Assembly: GCF_006345805.1 (NCBI RefSeq)
Contig: NC_043010.1
Coordinates: 62,062,001 to 62,126,000, forward strand
Source: Octopus sinensis
Taxonomy: Eukaryota
Direction of reading: 5' to 3'
DNA: 64,000 bases
The notes under the pieces are model-generated. The model ran no database searches. It worked only from the letters and a program-made list of their open reading frames with translations, and was not told the DNA's origin. A program made the translations under genes and the position numbers. Shown here piece by piece: positions 57,823-64,000 of this stretch (positions are counted from its first letter, which is position 1; the number at the start of each line of letters is the position of its first letter).

Positions 57823-59129
57823 ATGAAATGAAGTGTTTTGCTCAAGAACACAGTGCACTGCTTGCTCCTGGAGTTTAACCCACAACCTAGCAATCGTGAG
57901 TGCAACACCCTAACCTCTATCCCACACACATGGTTTGGTGTTCTCTTCCTTTGTGTGGACACTGTTAGCTGGTGTACTGCAGTGTAGCTGCTGCTTGGGA
58001 GTGAAATTAGGTTGATGGAAACTAGAAGAATCCCATTGTGTGCATGTATATATATATATGTGTGTGTGTACATATGTATAGTGTGTGTGTGTGTGTATTT
58101 CCTTTGTCTTGGCATGTATACAACTGGCTGTAAACTGTCACCATTGATAGAATCAGTGTCATTTGTTTACATTCCTCATTGGAAGCAGCTCTGGTCTGTT
58201 TGTTGTTCGGTGGACAAGGTTATGAAATAGGTGAGAGTTGGTGGCAGGAAGAGCATCCAGCTGTGGAAAGACCTGCCCCAACCAAGTTGATGATGATAGT
58301 GGTAGTGATTATGATGATAATATTGATTATCATCATCATTATCATTGTCATCATCATTTAACGCCCGTCTTCCATGCTGGCATGGGTTGGACAGTTTGAC
58401 AGGAGCTGACAAGCCAGAAGACTACATCCAGCTCCACTGTCTGTTTCAGCATGGTTTTTACAGCTGGATGCTTTTTATGTGGAGCCAGCACCGGCAAGGA
58501 CTGTTTGGCATAGTTTTATTATCATCCCCATCATTGCATCCATCTGATGCAATGATGCTGATGATAATATGTAATATTTTTGTTTTTTAAAATTTTGTCA
58601 GAAAGTTATTTCCAATCTCGTTATTACCATTTTATTATTTTTTAATATTTCTTCATTTTCTAGATCATTCCAAGATGGAGTCCATTAATCTGAAGACATG
58701 AAAACCAGAAGACACTTGTCTGCCCCACGGAGAATTACTACCATTTTGTTCCCTACTACAGCATCAATGTGTTAATAGTGGCAAACATGTACAAGTCCAA
58801 TGCATGCCAGCATGGAAAGAGGACCTAATATGATGAAGATGATGAGGATGATGATGGTGGTATATATTTGTGTGTGTCATATAGAGTGTAAAATATGAAA
58901 CTACACCAAAAAATCATTATTTTTTTAAATACATACATTAACAGACTCACACAGACTTGCACACACCACATACTGACTCACAAACACGCAAGTTCGTATA
59001 TGAAGACTTTATCAGAACTTGAAACGAGTTTTGTGTGTGAAAGACAAGCCCAATGAAAATTTGCACCCGTACAGAGGATTTGAACCCGTGACGGACTGAA
59101 CTGTGTGTCTACAACCTCTGCAGTTTACA

Positions 59130-62100
59130 ATGGATCGGTGTAGCAACCAAAGAATTATCTCCAGCCAGAGTCATGGTAAGCATCTTTCAATGAAGCAGTC
59201 ATCACAGCTGCATAAGCAGAGTGCGTCGAGTGTACCCAGCAACAAACATGTGGCACACAGTGGCAAGATCTCGTCCTCGGTGGCGTTTGGTCTGTCAAAC
59301 AACTGCCACAACAGCAGCAGCAGCAGCAGCAGCAGCATATATGCCAAGGACTACTCTCAGAAGTCCTCGATGAGTACCCCAGTGCCAAGGGCGGCACACA
59401 CTGGCCCTGATCCTTCCATTAGGCAGCATTCTAACAATCATCACAGCACCGGTGACAATCTGCAGTCGCAGGTAATCGCTGCACAGCAAAGGCTGATGCA
59501 GTCAACAGGGAGTGCAGGCAGTGCATCGGACAGGCAAGCACAACACTTACAGCTGCAGCAATATCCTTCTTCTACAACCTCGTCTCAGTCTATCCACCAT
59601 TCGCATCACCTGCAAGGACCTCTTCTGCCACTGCTGGGGGACACGATATTCTCTTGCGACGTGTTTGGCAAAGAATTTCCGCAACGTCTCTTGGCAACTT
59701 CCAGTCCCATTGCTACGCATCTTGGCGACAACGTCTTTCGGCCTGACCTCTACGCCAGTCAGTTCATCCAACCTTGTTATCTACCACTGGCCCCCGAACA
59801 ACTGATCGGTACCGTGCTGTCAACCACCACTATACCATCAACATCAACAACATCCACAGCCAACAAAACAAACGTCTCTGAAGAACATACGGTGACAGCA
59901 AACAACATCTCTAAACAGTACTCAAACAGCGAAAGTTCTTCAAAAAATTACTCTTTGAATACAAATCTTGCCTGTAGTAGTAGTAGTGGTAGTAGTGGTG
60001 GTGGTAGTCGAGGTGGTGGTATTAATAGTAATAATAACAACAACAGTAACAGCATACACAGCAACCACACCTCTTGCAACAGCAGCCACACCACTACTAC
60101 TACTTCTACTACTACTAGTGTTAATAACAAATCCTACAGTTCCAGTCAGACCCATTTACTTGAGGTACCCCAAGTTCAGTCCCAGCAGCACATATCACAA
60201 CAATCGGGGCAGAACTGTTTATCATCTCAACAAATGAGCAAGCAACAACTACATCAGTCCTTGGCCCAGCAACAGAATCCACTCTCCTGTGTCATCGGAC
60301 AGAGTTCAAAGAAGGTCACCAACTACCAAACTCACTCCCAGGCCCCTTGCAAAACCCAGCCGCAGCAGCAGCCCCAAAATCTTCAGAAACCGAAACCACC
60401 GAGGAATTTGGAGAGTGACAAGAATTTGTTTTGTGATTATTGCGGGAAAGAATTTCTTCGATCTTACTTACTGTTGATGCATCGAAGAACTCACACGGGA
60501 GAGAAGCCATTTGCTTGTGAACTCTGCTCCAAACAGTTTGCCAGGAAAGATACCCTGCAGAGACACCGAAAGATCCACATCATAAAGATTCCCGATAAGT
60601 TTGACCAATATCAGCCGAACAACTATCCAGAAGAACCAAAGATAGAATCAGAAACCAAGGTAAAAAGTAATTTTAATTCCGTGGATATTTTTGATCCTTC
60701 CGTAAACGACATTAACCACCTGCACAGGCTGGGATTATCCGTCTGTTCGTCTTTACAACCAAACTGTACGCCTGTGACGGATGAGAAAGCCATCTCGGAG
60801 TTTCAGAATAGCAGCATTTCAGTAAATTCCATGCTGGATGGTACATCACAATTGCAAAATTTATCTGCAACTTCTGAAAATCAAATCCAAAAGTTTTCAG
60901 TTGGATCTGCAGACGTGAAGGAAAGCGAGTTTTCTGGTCCGAAAATTTACAGTTGTGACATTTGTAAGAAACAATTTGCTCTTCAACATTATCTAAACAT
61001 CCATCGACAAATTCATTTCAAAGACAAACCTTTCCATTGTAAATTCTGCTCTCACAGCTTCTCAAGGCAAGATTCATTGAAACTACACCTGCGAACACAC
61101 ACAGGTGTGAAGCCATTTCAGTGTGATGTTTGTCAGAAGTCGTTTGTTCAGCGTTTATACTTGAAGATTCACATGAGGATCCATACAGGTGAGAAACCTT
61201 ACACCTGTGAATTCTGTAACCATAGCTTCACACGCCGAGATTCTTTGACAATTCATCGGCGTAGACACACGGGGGAGAAACCTTTCCACTGTGACATCTG
61301 CCGAAAGAAGTTTGCTCAGCGTCTTTATCTGCAAATACATCGCCGAACACATACAGGTGAAAAGCCATTTACCTGTGAAATATGTAAACATAGTTTCTCA
61401 CGCAGAGATTCGTTAGCTATTCATAAGCGGACCCACACTGGGGAGAAACCTTTTAAATGTGATGTCTGCCTGAAACAGTTTGCACAGAAGCACTATTTAA
61501 GAATTCATCAACGTAAACACACAGGTGAGAAATTGTTTACCTGTGATATATGCTTCACCAAATTCACTCAGCTGGGCTACCTTGAGGTACATAAACGGAT
61601 CCACACGGGCGAGAAACCATTCCAGTGTGACTTGTGCATTCAGAAGTTTGCTCGAAAATCCACTCTGATTATTCACCGCAGGACACACACGAATGAAAAG
61701 CCATTCAAGTGTGAAAAGTGTGGAAAAGCTTTTGCTAAGAAAGACAAACTGAATTCACACATTCGAACTCATATGAAGAAGAAACGTTTCGTGTGTGACA
61801 TTTGTGAGAAATGGTTTTCTCGTCGTGATACACTGAGGATACATCAAAAGTTGCACTCCGATGAGCGACCTTTTCAGTGTGAAATCTGTCAGAAAGGGTT
61901 TGTACAGAAGGACAAATTGCTTTTACATCAAAGAATTCACTCAGACAACAAACCATTCACCTGTGACCTTTGTCCCAAGAAATTCTATCAACGCAACGTA
62001 TTAGAGATCCATCGAAGAACACACACAGGTGAGAAACCGTTCCAGTGTGATTTGTGTCCGCAGAGATTTGCTCGGAAAGATACCCGTGCAATTCACCGTC

Positions 62101-62984
62101 GAATCCACACCGGGGAGAAGCCATTTAGCTGCAATATCTGTGGAGAGAGATATGCTCAGCGTGAGAGGTTACGTATACATACACACATCCACACAGGAGA
62201 GAAACCTTACCAATGTGATTTTTGCCCCAAACAGTTCTTTCAAAAAAGCACGCTGACAATACACAGGCGCTGCCACACCAACGAAAGACCTTTGTTTCAA
62301 TGTGACGTTTGTTTCAAGGAATTTGTCCAGCGGGATTATTTAACCGTTCACAAACGCATCCATACTGGCGAGAAGCCATATCATTGTGATATTTGCCTCC
62401 AAAAGTTCTCCCGCCGAGACACTTTATCGACACACAGGAAAACTCACTCCGGCACGAAGGAGTTTCAGTGTGAAATCTGCTACAAGAAATTTGCCAACAA
62501 AGATTATCTGCGAGTTCACCAGCGGACCCACACGGGAGAGAAGCCTTTCCATTGTGAAATATGTTTGAAAAAATTCGCTCGCAGGGACTACCTTCAGGTT
62601 CACAAGAGATCCCACACCGGGGAGAAACCTTTCCAGTGTGACATCTGCTTCAAACAGTTTGCACAGAAAGACTACCTTTTGGTGCATCGAAGGACCCACA
62701 CGGGGGAGAAGCCTTACCACTGTGATATGTGTAGTCAGAGGTTTGCTCGGCGAGATTCTTTGCAGAGGCATAAAAAGACTCACCAGCACATCGGAGGGTT
62801 TGTGAAAATCAAAGAGAATTATTTGGACACAGACGACACAAACGACACGATCGAGACGTCTCCTCCTCCCCCGCCGCCGCCCCCTCCGCCTCCTTCACAT
62901 CCACTTCCGGCCCCTGCACATCAGTTAGCCACAACTAGCAACACAGATGAGTTTCCTCCAGTCAGTAAATACTTGTGGTTGTGA
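59130..62984 (+). CDS. Multi-C2H2 zinc-finger protein (~1284 aa, 24 fingers in a 2+22 arrangement; S/Q/T/N-rich N-terminus; C-terminal poly-Pro)
   Basis: Uninterrupted 3.85-kb ORF. First ATG at 59130 is in good Kozak context (acaATGg), with an in-frame stop at 59097. There are 24 C-x2-C-x12-H-x3-H motifs, mostly joined by TGEKP-type linkers: fingers 1-2 at ~60429-60578 and fingers 3-24 at ~60948-62783. Eleven Pro codons at 62862-62894; TGA at 62982. An upstream coding exon cannot be excluded (in-frame cag acceptor at 59121-59123). Confidence 0.95.
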   Translation: MDRCSNQRIISSQSHGKHLSMKQSSQLHKQSASSVPSNKHVAHSGKISSSVAFGLSNNCHNSSSSSSSSIYAKDYSQKSSMSTPVPRAAHTGPDPSIRQHSNNHHSTGDNLQSQVIAAQQRLMQSTGSAGSASDRQAQHLQLQQYPSSTTSSQSIHHSHHLQGPLLPLLGDTIFSCDVFGKEFPQRLLATSSPIATHLGDNVFRPDLYASQFIQPCYLPLAPEQLIGTVLSTTTIPSTSTTSTANKTNVSEEHTVTANNISKQYSNSESSSKNYSLNTNLACSSSSGSSGGGSRGGGINSNNNNNSNSIHSNHTSCNSSHTTTTTSTTTSVNNKSYSSSQTHLLEVPQVQSQQHISQQSGQNCLSSQQMSKQQLHQSLAQQQNPLSCVIGQSSKKVTNYQTHSQAPCKTQPQQQPQNLQKPKPPRNLESDKNLFCDYCGKEFLRSYLLLMHRRTHTGEKPFACELCSKQFARKDTLQRHRKIHIIKIPDKFDQYQPNNYPEEPKIESETKVKSNFNSVDIFDPSVNDINHLHRLGLSVCSSLQPNCTPVTDEKAISEFQNSSISVNSMLDGTSQLQNLSATSENQIQKFSVGSADVKESEFSGPKIYSCDICKKQFALQHYLNIHRQIHFKDKPFHCKFCSHSFSRQDSLKLHLRTHTGVKPFQCDVCQKSFVQRLYLKIHMRIHTGEKPYTCEFCNHSFTRRDSLTIHRRRHTGEKPFHCDICRKKFAQRLYLQIHRRTHTGEKPFTCEICKHSFSRRDSLAIHKRTHTGEKPFKCDVCLKQFAQKHYLRIHQRKHTGEKLFTCDICFTKFTQLGYLEVHKRIHTGEKPFQCDLCIQKFARKSTLIIHRRTHTNEKPFKCEKCGKAFAKKDKLNSHIRTHMKKKRFVCDICEKWFSRRDTLRIHQKLHSDERPFQCEICQKGFVQKDKLLLHQRIHSDNKPFTCDLCPKKFYQRNVLEIHRRTHTGEKPFQCDLCPQRFARKDTRAIHRRIHTGEKPFSCNICGERYAQRERLRIHTHIHTGEKPYQCDFCPKQFFQKSTLTIHRRCHTNERPLFQCDVCFKEFVQRDYLTVHKRIHTGEKPYHCDICLQKFSRRDTLSTHRKTHSGTKEFQCEICYKKFANKDYLRVHQRTHTGEKPFHCEICLKKFARRDYLQVHKRSHTGEKPFQCDICFKQFAQKDYLLVHRRTHTGEKPYHCDMCSQRFARRDSLQRHKKTHQHIGGFVKIKENYLDTDDTNDTIETSPPPPPPPPPPPSHPLPAPAHQLATTSNTDEFPPVSKYLWL

Positions 62985-63444
62985 AAGAGAAAAACATTTT
63001 AATAACTGGACCAACCAACCAGAGCCCCTGAACAATTTTCATTGCTGAACACTCAAACAACTTTGGTACTTTTATTAGGGGACAAATATTAATCCTAAGT
63101 TGTAAAACTATCTTTGACCCCTTTTTTTTTTCAGTCAATTTTGATTTTTCTCTCCACCAGATTTTGTCTTGCAACAAAAGAGGGCAAGCCTGTTTTTAAC
63201 AACTTTTTTTTCCTTCCGGAATGTTCTCTCTAATTCTCATGGCCCTCTTTTTATTTACTCAGCACCAAAACTGACCTAATTCTTGTCCCTTTATTTTCAT
63301 ACAATCTTGTTACATCCATTACGATTTTTTTTTTCCATGCTAGCATGGGTGGGATGGCGCTACAAATTTACATTCTTACATGAATTGTTGGAGAAAATGA
63401 TGTACTGTTTATTGCCCTTCCTGATATCAAGCAGTCAATCATGA

Positions 63445-63743
63445 AATAAATGATGGTAACACAGCTAAAAATGGACGTCTGTGTGGGTACTTTCAAGAAC
63501 AGGGTACCGTGCTTTAATAACAAGCTTCTATACCCTTCAGTGTCAAGTTTGGAGTTTAAAAGGAAAGAGACTGTAGAAGTAGTGGCTATATAATGGAATA
63601 GGATGGTGTTCCAATACCGCAGTTCTTTAGCGTGGAGTGAATTGAAGATTGAAGTCTGCTTTAAAAGATGGAAACACTGACTCAGAAAGAAAAGGAAAAA
63701 AATGTCACAGCAGACACTGATTCGTTACCTGTAAATAAATAAA
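63445..63743 (+). promoter_or_regulatory. Candidate polyadenylation signals of the ZNF gene
   Basis: AATAAA at 63445-63450 and overlapping AATAAATAAA at 63734-63743, downstream of the stop codon and upstream of a (TA)n block. Confidence 0.4.
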
Positions 63744-63800
63744 TGGACACATTCTTATTCATTATATCTCTGTGTGTGTATACATATATACATACATATA

Positions 63801-63843
<43 letters not shown>

Positions 63844-63855
63844 TATATATATTTT

Positions 63856-63886
<31 letters not shown>

Positions 63887-63916
63887 ACATATATATATGT
63901 GTATATATATATATAT

Positions 63917-63983
<67 letters not shown>

Positions 63984-64000
63984 TATATATACATAGATAT

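Noticed and set aside
59040-59100. B-box-like ggttcaaatcc on the minus strand just upstream of the ZNF ATG
   Set aside because: No A box or acceptor stem; at most a SINE relic.

Overview
AT-rich, repeat-dense animal genomic DNA with a 100-N gap at 12049-12148. The SINE families, the huge (TA)n/(CA)n/(TAGA)n load and the long C2H2 array point to a coleoid cephalopod, most likely Octopus; this is inferred from recognition, not from a search. Only one protein-coding region is well supported: an uninterrupted ~1284-aa C2H2 zinc-finger ORF (59130-62984, +) with 24 fingers arranged 2+22 behind a long Ser/Gln/Thr/Asn-rich N-terminus. The rest is transposon debris: many tRNA-headed and RTE-tailed SINEs, at least four RTE-clade LINE remnants, an R4/Dong-like fragment, a decayed hAT transposase, two inverted non-autonomous Helitrons, piggyBac-type MITEs and Penelope-like terminal-repeat pieces. 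Two signals stand out. (i) Several short repeats inserted in (TA)n carry minimal type-I hammerhead ribozyme motifs; two copies fold cleanly (1007-1052 +, 41537-41582 -), and one of these sits in a tRNA-headed element with a Penelope-like tail. (ii) Elements in or next to (TA)n repeatedly occur as local fold-back inverted duplications whose arms share copy-specific mutations. Strong orphan splice sites also hint at hidden 5' exons on both strands. Most short ORFs in the supplied track are microsatellite artefacts.
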